A program made the position numbers and the translations under genes. Of a stretch of 64,000 bases of DNA, positions 26,901 to 35,654 are shown in pieces (the first letter of the stretch is position 1; each line of letters opens with the position of its first letter). A model generated the notes under the pieces. That model ran no database searches. It was not told the origin of the DNA and worked only from the letters and a program-made list of their open reading frames with translations. Source of the stretch: Escherichia phage AidaStucki_Bas93; the sequence record PQ850593.1. The stretch is one strand, 5' to 3'.

Positions 26901-28297
26901 CTTTACGTAACAGAGCAGAAGCTCGTGCTCAAGCGAAAGCTACAGCAGAAGCTGAACGTCAGTTACTCGAAGCTATTGCTGGTCAGAAGACTGAGATAGA
27001 GAAGATGTTTGATGAGTTACCTAAACCTGTCCGCGAGGCTCAGGAAAGCCGTACTCTGAAACAGCTTGCAGCTCACCATGATAAGAACTCCCCTGTTCCT
27101 CCAGAACGTTTCCGTAGTATTATCGAACGTATCCACAACGCCGAGTCAGATTACCTTGATCGTCAGCGTCGTTTAACTGATGCAGAAGAAGATGCTCGTC
27201 AGGCTAAGTGGAACAAAATGTATGAGCAAGCGGAAGAGATGGACCGTAAGTTTGAGATAGACAAAAGGGTTAAGCGCAGTGAAGAGCTTAAAGCGGCTCA
27301 GAAGCGTGAGAATGACCTTATGGCGGTACAACGTCAACGTGACGACATCCATCGTCGCCTGATGCATACTTTGGAGGATAGGGGCATATCTAAAGAGGAT
27401 GCTGAAGCATTTGCTGGTTCCTACATGGATAACCGTTATGCACTTCTTGATAAGCCTATGACTCCTACTGAACATCAGAATGCTCGTTCTCGTATTGAGG
27501 CTGATGTTGAGAAGTTTGCTAAGAAGTACGAATCAATGACTCCTATTGAGAAAGAGATTGTTAAGGTTACTGGAGATACTGAAGGTAAGCTTGATAACTT
27601 GGATGCGGATACTAGGAAGGCTATTGAGGAGGCTCAGAAGGTGGACTCTGATATTAAGAAACTGCAAGAGGAAGAGATGGAGATGGAGAAGATTCGTTCT
27701 GCTCTGCCTGATGATGAAAGATCTCAAGCAAATTCTGATATCTTGGAAAGCATTAAACAGCAGGAAGAAGCCTTTGCTGATAAAGCAGAGAAAGCTTTCT
27801 TGAATGGGAAGAGCTTGGATGAGTTGGCTAGTGTGGCTGAAGTTTTAGACAGGGTTCATGGTGCAGACAAGGCTGGTAACAACCGTCGCTTTGTACGTGC
27901 ATTGCAGACTGCTGCTGAAAACAAGAAGAAGTATGGTGATAATCCGGTAGCTTGGTTTAGTGCTGATGATTATTCTGCTATTGCTAAACTTGGTGCTTCT
28001 TCCGCAGGTGGTAACAAATCTAGAGCACTGGAGAAAATCTTTGGTTCTACAGCTGAACAAGCTAAGAGTAAGTTGCTTGGCAGGGATGATGTAGCGAAGA
28101 TGAGACGTGTAATTGAAGAGAACCCTGATATTAAGATTCCTTCTTACAAGACAACGAATCGTACTGAGTACTTGCAGTTCTTGGAGAAGTTTAATGACGA
28201 AGGGAAGCCGAAGATTAAACGTGGCTCATTGTCAGAGAAGCTTGAACGCAGTAAGCGTCAATCGAGACTCCGTGTAAGAGTTCGATCTAAGGAGTGA
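23990..28297 (+). CDS. giant internal virion protein (1435 aa)
   Basis: Start chosen at the ATG after aaggag. Gly/Ala-rich N-terminus, then about 1100 aa of highly charged helical sequence. Last gene of the late module. Confidence 0.55.
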   Translation: MANIKPWEEASKAPAYLNASPEQQAQMREQYKAAGGFIPEEQPVAQPQQEERGVIGEFAQGVSNALQSGGANIAASAAKGIGGLVEIGEDLIGAQTSYGKRIQENSQNLLKERMDKIEDGIGKTAGQYAGVVGDIGLTVTNPLAAAAIIAGRETGRAYADQTPEEGEDKSVLDAALVGGANYAAQRILPGAVGTAESTLGRIGQNVVTNAVAGAKGGALVGAAEAQNKYGDDTTFANVLEGAIEEGAIGAAFGGAVGGVHGLISRPDSAVFKNTPEYAKTDIAADDELIRSAKTVDELKEAYSKAETANAASALNLLDENGFRITDAVAVDSPAAQRILNTDQARAEKAASVQKEHSNIPGLNPLASPAKTRGKAFADNEHNQKQAVAMKDAMADYTKDNTKALTDVLDNLDRELTAYRAADDFTGNPLDVKNRTQADRDFVDAYKTFYNEANRFKARDGEDFNNFVEKATELRKMADNVSPEMKKAISGLKKLKGMPEGFNPIQDAYTLNNAAKFMSNQDRGWTSLTDDGFREASSPSLVMNTLGAAKYALNRFSSQRARSQRVKQQEANSEAIRSLARGDLEVARAKSTADEARAKMEEEPVVDDIKFKTQNDVETEPVREPSSSTVTEENLPSSTPQEAPLTARDLVAQRRAVKQAEQRRAQEEAAQAPEPTVEEPTVKAEPLPARAPKAPKESIQDVKPASGVERLAAMSSAARQATIDRAERFARSLYSQTAKAKATAENFLAYKGSYRELMRRIRQEDNAINTERHEEMARNQLASQQGIATAKNNTVRTNFAEWVKERGLPEDIATKALRAEEKGLGGNVTNLDSLKRRAERLYQKQREDEFDRLYQQALEENKAFDKKNAPKLADQKKELQSEIDTLIDSEPLRPAQKDAVRKLMNDFVDEKFKSSEKAGREEALEVGQMKDIWDGFINTYNREVNAFNKANKNSQYEAAAKHLQAREERLISLRNRAEARAQAKATAEAERQLLEAIAGQKTEIEKMFDELPKPVREAQESRTLKQLAAHHDKNSPVPPERFRSIIERIHNAESDYLDRQRRLTDAEEDARQAKWNKMYEQAEEMDRKFEIDKRVKRSEELKAAQKRENDLMAVQRQRDDIHRRLMHTLEDRGISKEDAEAFAGSYMDNRYALLDKPMTPTEHQNARSRIEADVEKFAKKYESMTPIEKEIVKVTGDTEGKLDNLDADTRKAIEEAQKVDSDIKKLQEEEMEMEKIRSALPDDERSQANSDILESIKQQEEAFADKAEKAFLNGKSLDELASVAEVLDRVHGADKAGNNRRFVRALQTAAENKKKYGDNPVAWFSADDYSAIAKLGASSAGGNKSRALEKIFGSTAEQAKSKLLGRDDVAKMRRVIEENPDIKIPSYKTTNRTEYLQFLEKFNDEGKPKIKRGSLSEKLERSKRQSRLRVRVRSKE

Positions 28298-28306
28298 TAA
28301 AAGAAA

Positions 28307-28337
28307 AGCCCTCAAGGAGAAAATCTCTTTGAGGGCT
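28307..28337. terminator. bidirectional terminator between the convergent modules
   Basis: About 14-bp hairpin (agccctcaaggaga-aaa-tctctttgagggct), flanked by an A-rich tract on the left and ttatttgttttt on the right. Confidence 0.75.
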
Positions 28338-28347
28338 TTATTTGTTT

Positions 28348-28602
28348 TTAGATTAAATCATAATACTGAATAATGTCAGAGAGTTTGAACTCTCGAATCT
28401 CATCTTTCTCTATATCTATCGCTGTCATAATCCAACAAGGTTTGCCACCGTTATGAAAACGGGAGCTAGCAACGGAGGTTCGGAGTGGAATAACGGACCG
28501 GTCAGCAACCTCGCCTCTCCAATTGCGATAGCGAAAGCGAAGCACTTGTTGCGTAGATTTTTGATCATCATTCATTTCCTTTCTTGAATTGTTTTCTTGC
28601 AT
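28348..28602 (-). CDS. small protein with WYL-like pattern
   Basis: 84 aa. The pattern RFRYRNWRGEVADRSVIPL...CWIMTAIDIEKDEIREFKLSDI resembles WYL/SH3-barrel domains. The start is uncertain (28602 or 28575). Confidence 0.35.
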   Translation of the reverse strand: MQENNSRKEMNDDQKSTQQVLRFRYRNWRGEVADRSVIPLRTSVASSRFHNGGKPCWIMTAIDIEKDEIREFKLSDIIQYYDLI

Positions 28603-28969
28603 CGTTTTCCATCTTTGTTTTTAGTTTATGACAAGGGTCTTTACACAGAACCTGAAAACCTTCTTTCTCACACAGAGCACGAGAGATGATTTCATCCCAA
28701 GTTGCTTCATGGTCAAGAGGTACTATAGGCTCTATGTGGTCAATAGCCATATCCTTTACAGGGTGGTCAGAACCACACATGGCACACCTAAAGTGCATTG
28801 CCAGTCTACCTGTCTTTGGATTAATCTTCTGCTCTGTCTTGGCTTCTGCTAGTGCATCGAACATGGGCTTCCACTTTCTAGTCAGAGAACGAATCCCTGA
28901 CTTAATGAAAGAGTTGTAACGAGCTTCAGTCCAAGTTCCACTACAGCGTGTCTTCTCAGACTTCGCCAT
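28568..28969 (-). CDS. HNH endonuclease
   Basis: 133 aa. Carries CAMCGS...AIDHIEPIV...CKDCHKLKT (Cys pairs plus the His-Asn-His core). Confidence 0.75.
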   Translation of the reverse strand: MAKSEKTRCSGTWTEARYNSFIKSGIRSLTRKWKPMFDALAEAKTEQKINPKTGRLAMHFRCAMCGSDHPVKDMAIDHIEPIVPLDHEATWDEIISRALCEKEGFQVLCKDPCHKLKTKMENDARKQFKKGNE

Positions 28970-29135
28970 AATCAGCTTCTTCCCAAACTCGTTTGTTTAC
29001 ACGATGACTCACTTTGCCCTCACGAGGAATACGACCTGTCCTCTGATCAAACAGTTGATGTTTAATCTTTTGATCTTTACGAGATTCACGATTGGAGGAG
29101 TTTTCATCATATGAACGATAATCAAATTTACCCAT
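28956..29135 (-). CDS. small hypothetical protein (59 aa)
   Basis: ATG after aagga. Begins MGKFDYRSYDENSSNRESRKDQK. Overlaps the HNH start by 14 nt. Confidence 0.4.
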   Translation of the reverse strand: MGKFDYRSYDENSSNRESRKDQKIKHQLFDQRTGRIPREGKVSHRVNKRVWEEADYGEV

Positions 29136-29148
29136 TATAATATCCTTA

Positions 29149-29967
29149 TTACCAAGATTTATCTAACCATGTCCAGTCGAACAGGTCTTCCGGAGCCTGA
29201 CCAACAAAGAGAAGCCGAGCATTCTCAAGCATTTTCTCTTCATCTTCAGTATCGAACTTCTTATAATATTCCATTCGTACTATATGATACATGGTCCACT
29301 TATCTGTAACCCCAGCCAACAACTTAGCTGCTGCTTTCTTCCCTATCCCTTGACGTCGAAGCTGGAGCTTACCGCCCCACATCACTTCTTTACGTTCACC
29401 ACATCCGGGAATATTATCTGTTCCATCTCCAATCAGCATCTGATAGAAGAAATTTTGCCATGAAACTAAATCAGATACGTAGTGAGGAGGAACCTCTTTT
29501 TGTCTTTCTCCACAAGCCCAACGGTAATGCCATCCGGGAGTTATTAACAAATCTTTGTCTCTAGTACAGATGATAGTGTTCTTATCTCTACGTTGCCTTT
29601 CAGCTAGTGCATCATCAGCCTCTCTCCCAAATACATCTATGTATTCATACTTACCTTTAATATAATCACCGACATTTTGCCAGTGAAAAGGTCTTTCTCC
29701 GGGAGGTCTGTTTGCTTTGTAGTCTTGCTGCTTAGCAACATCGAAACGGAAGTTACCGCCTTCGCTGAAGTAGAACACAACCTTACTGCAACCTGAGCGA
29801 GCAATGATAGTATCTATCTTGTACTGAAGTCGTTCAATCATGAAATTATAATCAACTGGAACACGTCCTGTGTCAAGAAAGGGATGCTCCTGAGTAAGGG
29901 CACCCACTTCATATCGAAGAACATCTCCGTCCACAATCGCTACTTCTGGATAAGATATATCACTCAT
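29149..29967 (-). CDS. 5'-3' exonuclease / flap endonuclease (FEN, RNase H-like)
   Basis: 272 aa from the ATG after ggagg. PIN-like N-terminus (VAIVDGDVLRY) and H3TH motif (GIGKKAAAKLL). Confidence 0.8.
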   Translation of the reverse strand: MSDISYPEVAIVDGDVLRYEVGALTQEHPFLDTGRVPVDYNFMIERLQYKIDTIIARSGCSKVVFYFSEGGNFRFDVAKQQDYKANRPPGERPFHWQNVGDYIKGKYEYIDVFGREADDALAERQRRDKNTIICTRDKDLLITPGWHYRWACGERQKEVPPHYVSDLVSWQNFFYQMLIGDGTDNIPGCGERKEVMWGGKLQLRRQGIGKKAAAKLLAGVTDKWTMYHIVRMEYYKKFDTEDEEKMLENARLLFVGQAPEDLFDWTWLDKSW

Positions 29968-30403
29968 GATTTCCTCCATGGTGTCGGATAAGGTGACAAT
30001 TAGCACAGAGCATGACACATTTATCTAACTCTGCCTTAAGTTTAGGCCAGTACCGATAGTATGAAGGGTTTTCGTCTTTTGTTTGTTCATCCAGATGATG
30101 GAACTGCATAACACAAGGTGGGTATTCTTTTTTACAATCTAAGCAAACACCTCCCATGTATTCTATTGCTTTTATCTTAAGATCTCTATTTGCCTTATTA
30201 GCAACCTCTTGCCGTCTTTTTCTATTGGCAGCATACCAAGCTCTTTTCTTTTCTGCGGTACAAATCCTACAAGTTCCAGTAACACCCTTAGTACACATCT
30301 TATTGGGGTGATATTCTGTTATGGCTTTTTCAACCCCACAAACGTTACACACCTTAGTATCAGCATCCACTATAGCTACTTCAGGGAGCTTAACGTCTTC
30401 CAT
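29960..30403 (-). CDS. HNH endonuclease whose first 15 aa copy the FEN N-terminus
   Basis: 147 aa. Multiple CxxC pairs and CANCHLIRHH. The N-terminus MEDVKLPEVAIVDAD parallels the FEN MSDISYPEVAIVDGD. Confidence 0.75.
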   Translation of the reverse strand: MEDVKLPEVAIVDADTKVCNVCGVEKAITEYHPNKMCTKGVTGTCRICTAEKKRAWYAANRKRRQEVANKANRDLKIKAIEYMGGVCLDCKKEYPPCVMQFHHLDEQTKDENPSYYRYWPKLKAELDKCVMLCANCHLIRHHGGNHE

Positions 30404-30404
30404 A

Positions 30405-30928
30405 TTATTCTCCTAATAACTTACGAATTTCAATACGGAAATTATCATACTCTTCAGGGTATTCAAACCCACATTCAAGAAGAGCATAGTGAACAACCTT
30501 CAGCAAATCCTGAACCTTATTCTTATCTTTGTGTCGATAAGCATATTTGATCATGTTGGTTTGTTGAAAGTTCAACTGAGGGTTTGCATGATAAAACTCG
30601 ATAGGTTGAATCTTCTTGCTATCAGGGTTATAGTGGGAACCTCCCACCATAGAAACTAATGCTGGGTTACCTTGAGATGCCATTTCTAACTTCTCCGTGT
30701 GGTCATGTGAGTAGTCTACTGGAGAGGTTTTGTTACCAGTAATTTTAGGTAAAATCGCTCTAACTGTTTCTATGTACTTACCGCCATCAACATTAATTTG
30801 AAACTCCACAAGTTCATCCTGTAGTTCATACCCTGATAAGCTTGATAGTTCCTCTAGCTCGTCTCTGAGGAAGTTTGTGTGCTTTCTTTGGGTTGCAAGC
30901 GCTTTCTTTAAAAGAACTATTTCTTCAC

Positions 30929-30932
<4 letters not shown>
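30405..30932 (-). CDS. DUF3310-like protein
   Basis: 175 aa. The C-terminal half (GGSHY...IQPIEF...NMIKYAYRHKDKNKVQDLLKVVHYALL) fits the DUF3310 pattern as I recall it. Confidence 0.55.
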
Positions 30933-32222
<1,290 letters not shown>

Positions 32223-32470
32223 AATGCATCTCTTTATAAATAGTTTCCGTGTTCTTCTTCCAGTTAGATAAACCGGTAAGAACCCTCTGAGCAACTTCAT
32301 CAGCTGCCTTACTTCTTTCAATCTCTAACTCTTGTTGATGCTTTTCTTTATCCAGATTGTTACTATCTGTTCTGTACTCATTAAACTTCATTCCGCCAAA
32401 GAACACCAGAGCAGAGAAGATAACAAATCCTAGATTATCACTTAAAGTGCTTTGCATATTGACCCCAACG

Positions 32471-32493
32471 AAAAAAGCCACCCGAAGGTGGCT
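32471..32493 (-). terminator. Rho-independent terminator after the SSB gene
   Basis: On the - strand: agccacc-ttcg-ggtggct followed by tttttt. Confidence 0.7.
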
Positions 32494-32514
32494 AAGCTAT
32501 AACAAGGAGAGTTA

Positions 32515-33261
32515 TCAGAAAGGCGAATCGTTATCGTCTTCATAAGTAGAAGCAGGTTCTTTATCAATCGTAGGGATCGAAGGGGTAGCTTCTTTCTGTT
32601 CTGTTTCAGAAGCACGAGTAATTTCACGACCAGCCAGAGGTATGTTCTTAGCGTCATTAGCTTGAGTAAGCAGGTTGCGCTGGAACGGGAACATCAGTTG
32701 ATAAGATGCTACGTTCTCATCGGTTTCAGCATACGGTTCGAAGAATACCAGAGGACTACGAGCTTCACCAACTGCTGCACGATATTTGGTTGGGATTGGA
32801 GAAATGGTTTTGATGGAGTTTTTAACTTCACCAGCTTTGTTAGTGTAGGAGTTAACCAGAATGTTAACAGGCTGACCTAACAGCACATCCTTAAACCAAG
32901 ACAGATCACCTTTCAGTGCTTGAATGCTTGGGTCAATCATCTTGCAAAGATCAAGGATACCAGAGTTCTTAGCTCGTGGGTTTACATCATAACTCTTGAA
33001 CTGGCAAGCAGGACGTGGTTCTAATGCCTTACCATCGGAATCTTTACCCGTAGCATCAACACCAATCAGCTCGAAAGCCAAATCCATACGGAAAGCTGGA
33101 TTCTTAGGAGTTACTGCTTTGGTCTTCGGGTCAATCCAAGGGTCGCGATTGTGAACACCCAAACCTACTACACGAACAATACGTGCTTCGTATTCACCAT
33201 CAGGGATTACATCGTAGTTAGATTTACGGGAAGAAGTTGCGATAGTTGGAATCATGCTCAT
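32515..33261 (-). CDS. single-stranded DNA-binding protein (T7 gp2.5-like)
   Basis: 248 aa. Acidic C-terminal tip YEDDNDSPF, which is typical of SSB tails. Placed behind a strong promoter and leader. Confidence 0.65.
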   Translation of the reverse strand: MSMIPTIATSSRKSNYDVIPDGEYEARIVRVVGLGVHNRDPWIDPKTKAVTPKNPAFRMDLAFELIGVDATGKDSDGKALEPRPACQFKSYDVNPRAKNSGILDLCKMIDPSIQALKGDLSWFKDVLLGQPVNILVNSYTNKAGEVKNSIKTISPIPTKYRAAVGEARSPLVFFEPYAETDENVASYQLMFPFQRNLLTQANDAKNIPLAGREITRASETEQKEATPSIPTIDKEPASTYEDDNDSPF

Positions 33262-33319
33262 TGTTAATTTCCTTATTTAATTTGAAAGATTGTTGCTCTC
33301 TTTGAGCGGTTATGTATAA

Positions 33320-33328
33320 TATACATTA
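33320..33328 (-). promoter_or_regulatory. TAATGTATA element (phage-sigma-type promoter) driving the SSB operon
   Basis: Exact match on the - strand, about 60 nt upstream of the SSB ATG. Confidence 0.6.
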
Positions 33329-33391
33329 CGCTTATACCGATAAGAGTACTATATAATATAAGTATCTTTGGTAGTAGATATAACACACTAG

Positions 33392-33400
33392 TAATGTATA
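33392..33400 (+). promoter_or_regulatory. TAATGTATA element on the + strand, divergent from 33320-33328
   Basis: Exact match. There is no + strand ORF, and no ATG at all, for about 280 nt downstream. Confidence 0.45.
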
Positions 33401-33407
33401 TATTGTA

Positions 33408-33566
33408 TAGCTGATAAAGTTATTGCAGGCTTGTACATTGGGCAATTCATAGAATCCCTTGCAAGTACCGAAGGGCAGGAGCCACCTGCGAGATAAAAAT
33501 AGAGAATTAAGGAATCCTTGATTTAGGTTGTAGGGACTCCTAGGGACTTTGATTCTCTATTTAAAA
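33408..33566 (+). ncRNA. candidate structured non-coding RNA
   Basis: Lies downstream of the + strand promoter element. Has a long-range 7-bp stem (33423-29 with 33485-91) and an 11-bp stem (33497-33507 with 33552-33562) enclosing a tagggact direct repeat. Contains no ATG. Confidence 0.25.
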
Positions 33567-33681
33567 GAATAAATAATTACTATATCTAATACTAAACAGA
33601 CTGAAACAAAGATAAGAAACTTCTTATAAATACTCATTACTTATCATCTAAATAGTTAACTAATCTCTGATATAAAGAAGT

Positions 33682-33870
33682 TTAAATCAAGCATCCATCA
33701 CAAACATAGTCTCCACTAAGAGACTCTTGTAACAAACGATTTTGTTCCTCTGAATATAGAGAATTTACTAATTCTTTTAACTCTGAAAGAGTGATGAAAT
33801 CAATAGTATTTCCATTATCTAAAATAGAAGAGTTAAGTAAATATTCATTGTCTTTAATTTTATTAATCAT
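33682..33870 (-). CDS. hypothetical protein
   Basis: 62 aa. ATGA-coupled to the upstream small ORF. Confidence 0.45.
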   Translation of the reverse strand: MINKIKDNEYLLNSSILDNGNTIDFITLSELKELVNSLYSEEQNRLLQESLSGDYVCDGCLI

Positions 33871-34007
33871 TCTTCATTTCCTTTTACTTCAGCGTAGACT
33901 TTGATAATGCCCTTAAGAACTTCCTTAGAAGCAATAGCACTTTCTTCAGAGGTGTGAATAGTAGAAAACTCTTTCTTTCCAATCTTGTAAGTGTGAACCC
34001 AAATCAT
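33867..34007 (-). CDS. small hypothetical protein (46 aa)
   Basis: Begins MIWVHTYKIGKKEF. Both start and stop are coupled to neighbouring genes. Confidence 0.35.
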   Translation of the reverse strand: MIWVHTYKIGKKEFSTIHTSEESAIASKEVLKGIIKVYAEVKGNEE

Positions 34008-34009
34008 AC

Positions 34010-34171
34010 TTATTCCTCGTATTCCCAATTTCTTTCATAATATCCAGAGTTATAATTTAGAGCGCATCTCTCAGCCTCCTCTATGTCATCAGTGTTTAGG
34101 ATATTTACCCACCCACCAACTTCATCAAAACCTTCTTCTACTTCATTAAACCATACGCTATACTTTTTCAT
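34010..34171 (-). CDS. small hypothetical protein (53 aa)
   Basis: Begins MKKYSVWFNEVEEGFDEVGGW. ATGA overlap with the upstream gene. Confidence 0.35.
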   Translation of the reverse strand: MKKYSVWFNEVEEGFDEVGGWVNILNTDDIEEAERCALNYNSGYYERNWEYEE

Positions 34172-34560
34172 CGAATCACCAAAGGCTCTTCAGAGTACAC
34201 AGGAGCGGCTATTTCTACAGGAGGTGCTGCCCTAAGGTCATTAAGTCTTACGCCCTTCAGCATTCCATCTAGGTGGTCCTTTTTGGGTATTCCAACAGGG
34301 AAGTCGTCAATCCAGATATCTACAAAGAAACCTAACTGGCGACATACGTCATCTTTCTGAACACCATTGCAAAAGATGATAGGAATCTGCAAACGCTCTG
34401 CATCAATCTTAATGTCGTGATTATCATACCCATTAGGCTCTGCAAAGCGGTAAGTTACAAAACGTACATCATAACCTTTGGCTTGCATTAATGCCACCAC
34501 AGATCGCCACAGCTCTTTATCTGAGGTGTAAGTATCATCGTAATCTAAACCAATATTCAT
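34168..34560 (-). CDS. HAD-like phosphatase / nucleotidase (putative)
   Basis: 130 aa. N-terminal IGLDYDDT resembles HAD motif I (DxD). SD aaagga. Confidence 0.4.
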   Translation of the reverse strand: MNIGLDYDDTYTSDKELWRSVVALMQAKGYDVRFVTYRFAEPNGYDNHDIKIDAERLQIPIIFCNGVQKDDVCRQLGFFVDIWIDDFPVGIPKKDHLDGMLKGVRLNDLRAAPPVEIAAPVYSEEPLVIR

Positions 34561-34574
34561 GTTGAATCCTTTTA

Positions 34575-34602
34575 GACAAGAAAAGCCGCCCTAAGGCAGC
34601 TT
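34575..34602 (-). terminator. Rho-independent terminator
   Basis: On the - strand: aagctgcc-ttag-ggcggctt followed by ttcttgtc. The wobble pair forms only on the - strand. Confidence 0.55.
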
Positions 34603-34607
34603 CTTAT

Positions 34608-34784
34608 TTAACTATTCACTTTAGCTTCAAGTGTTTCATTTTCAATACTCAAGTCAATCACTACGCCAGTAAGCTCAACGACTGCTTGGCGAAGGGCGTC
34701 TTTACCCATAGAATGTACTTGAGATAAGAAGAAAGCTTTACCTTCTTCCGTGGATAGGGTTTCTTTTAATTCAGAAGCAGTCAT
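34608..34784 (-). CDS. small hypothetical protein (58 aa)
   Basis: Begins MTASELKETLSTEEGKAFFLSQ. Fills the gap between the flanking genes. Confidence 0.35.
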   Translation of the reverse strand: MTASELKETLSTEEGKAFFLSQVHSMGKDALRQAVVELTGVVIDLSIENETLEAKVNS

Positions 34785-34798
34785 TGATATTCCTTATT

Positions 34799-34966
34799 TT
34801 ACATTGTATAAATTCGCATGATTGTACCACCATCAGCTTCAATAGTAGAAACAACTTCATCTCGTTCTTCATCCGTGTACACTAGTACACTTTTAAACGA
34901 GCCAGTCACATCTGTGTACAAAATGTTGTACTTGGGAGGTGGTTTACGGTAAATACCTTCCATCAT
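34799..34966 (-). CDS. hypothetical protein
   Basis: 55 aa from the ATG that overlaps the upstream stop (ATGATG). Confidence 0.4.
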   Translation of the reverse strand: MMEGIYRKPPPKYNILYTDVTGSFKSVLVYTDEERDEVVSTIEADGGTIMRIYTM

Positions 34967-35082
34967 TCTTTCTCCTCTCGTTCTTTCCACAGTTCAGCAA
35001 GCTCTAGGTAGAACTCAGCTTCATCAGGACGTCCTTGTTCATTACAGATGGCGCTTTGACGATAACACCAATCCGATGGCAT
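34963..35082 (-). CDS. small hypothetical protein (39 aa)
   Basis: Begins MPSDWCYRQSAICNEQGRPDEAEFYLEL. Weak call. Confidence 0.25.
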   Translation of the reverse strand: MPSDWCYRQSAICNEQGRPDEAEFYLELAELWKEREEKE

Positions 35083-35160
35083 CTCTTCCACTTCAATCTC
35101 CTTGTTATGAACTAATCAATAAGACTAGTTCATTTGTATTTCAATCTTTCAGTTCTGAAT

Positions 35161-35654
35161 TTAGTGTGTATGCATCCAATTTAACCCAATCTGACAATCA
35201 GAAGCCAGAGGACATTCCATGTTCAAGTACTCACCAGCCTTCTTAACACAAAGCTCGGTGTACTCTTTGAGTTTCTGTACATCATTACGGTTCACTGAGA
35301 ACTGGCCCTCATCGTGCATATCAATTACCTTAGCACAACGAACTCCATCTTTCTCAATCCACTTGTTAAGGAACATCATAGCATATTTCATAACAACAGC
35401 ACCAGCACATTGCAGGAGTGTGTTAAGGGCTTTATGAACCATAACCTTACCAGTGGCATCCCGTCTCATTGTAATCTTACGACCATCAACGCCAATCAAA
35501 TACCCTTGAGCAGCTTTCTCTGTCATACGATCAATGAGGATTGCAATACATGGGTTCTCTGCCAAGAAGCGTGCTCGCATCACTGAACCTTCGTCAGCTC
35601 CACCACCTACGATTGAACCAAGTTTAGCATCACCAGCACCATAGTTAAACGCAT
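35161..35654 (-). CDS. DNA polymerase (family A, T7 gp5-like), exon 2
   Basis: Encodes (Y)AFNYGAGDAKLG (second half of motif B) and VIDMHDEGQF (motif C). There is no in-frame ATG before the motif, and an in-frame TGA lies 3 codons upstream of FNYGAG. Confidence 0.8.

Noticed and set aside
32442-32657. A 71-aa ORF overlapping the SSB 3' end and the spanin start, considered as a possible holin.
   Set aside because: It overlaps the SSB gene in another frame and runs through the SSB terminator. It has no SD, and its hydrophobicity pattern is not convincingly that of a two- or three-TM holin.
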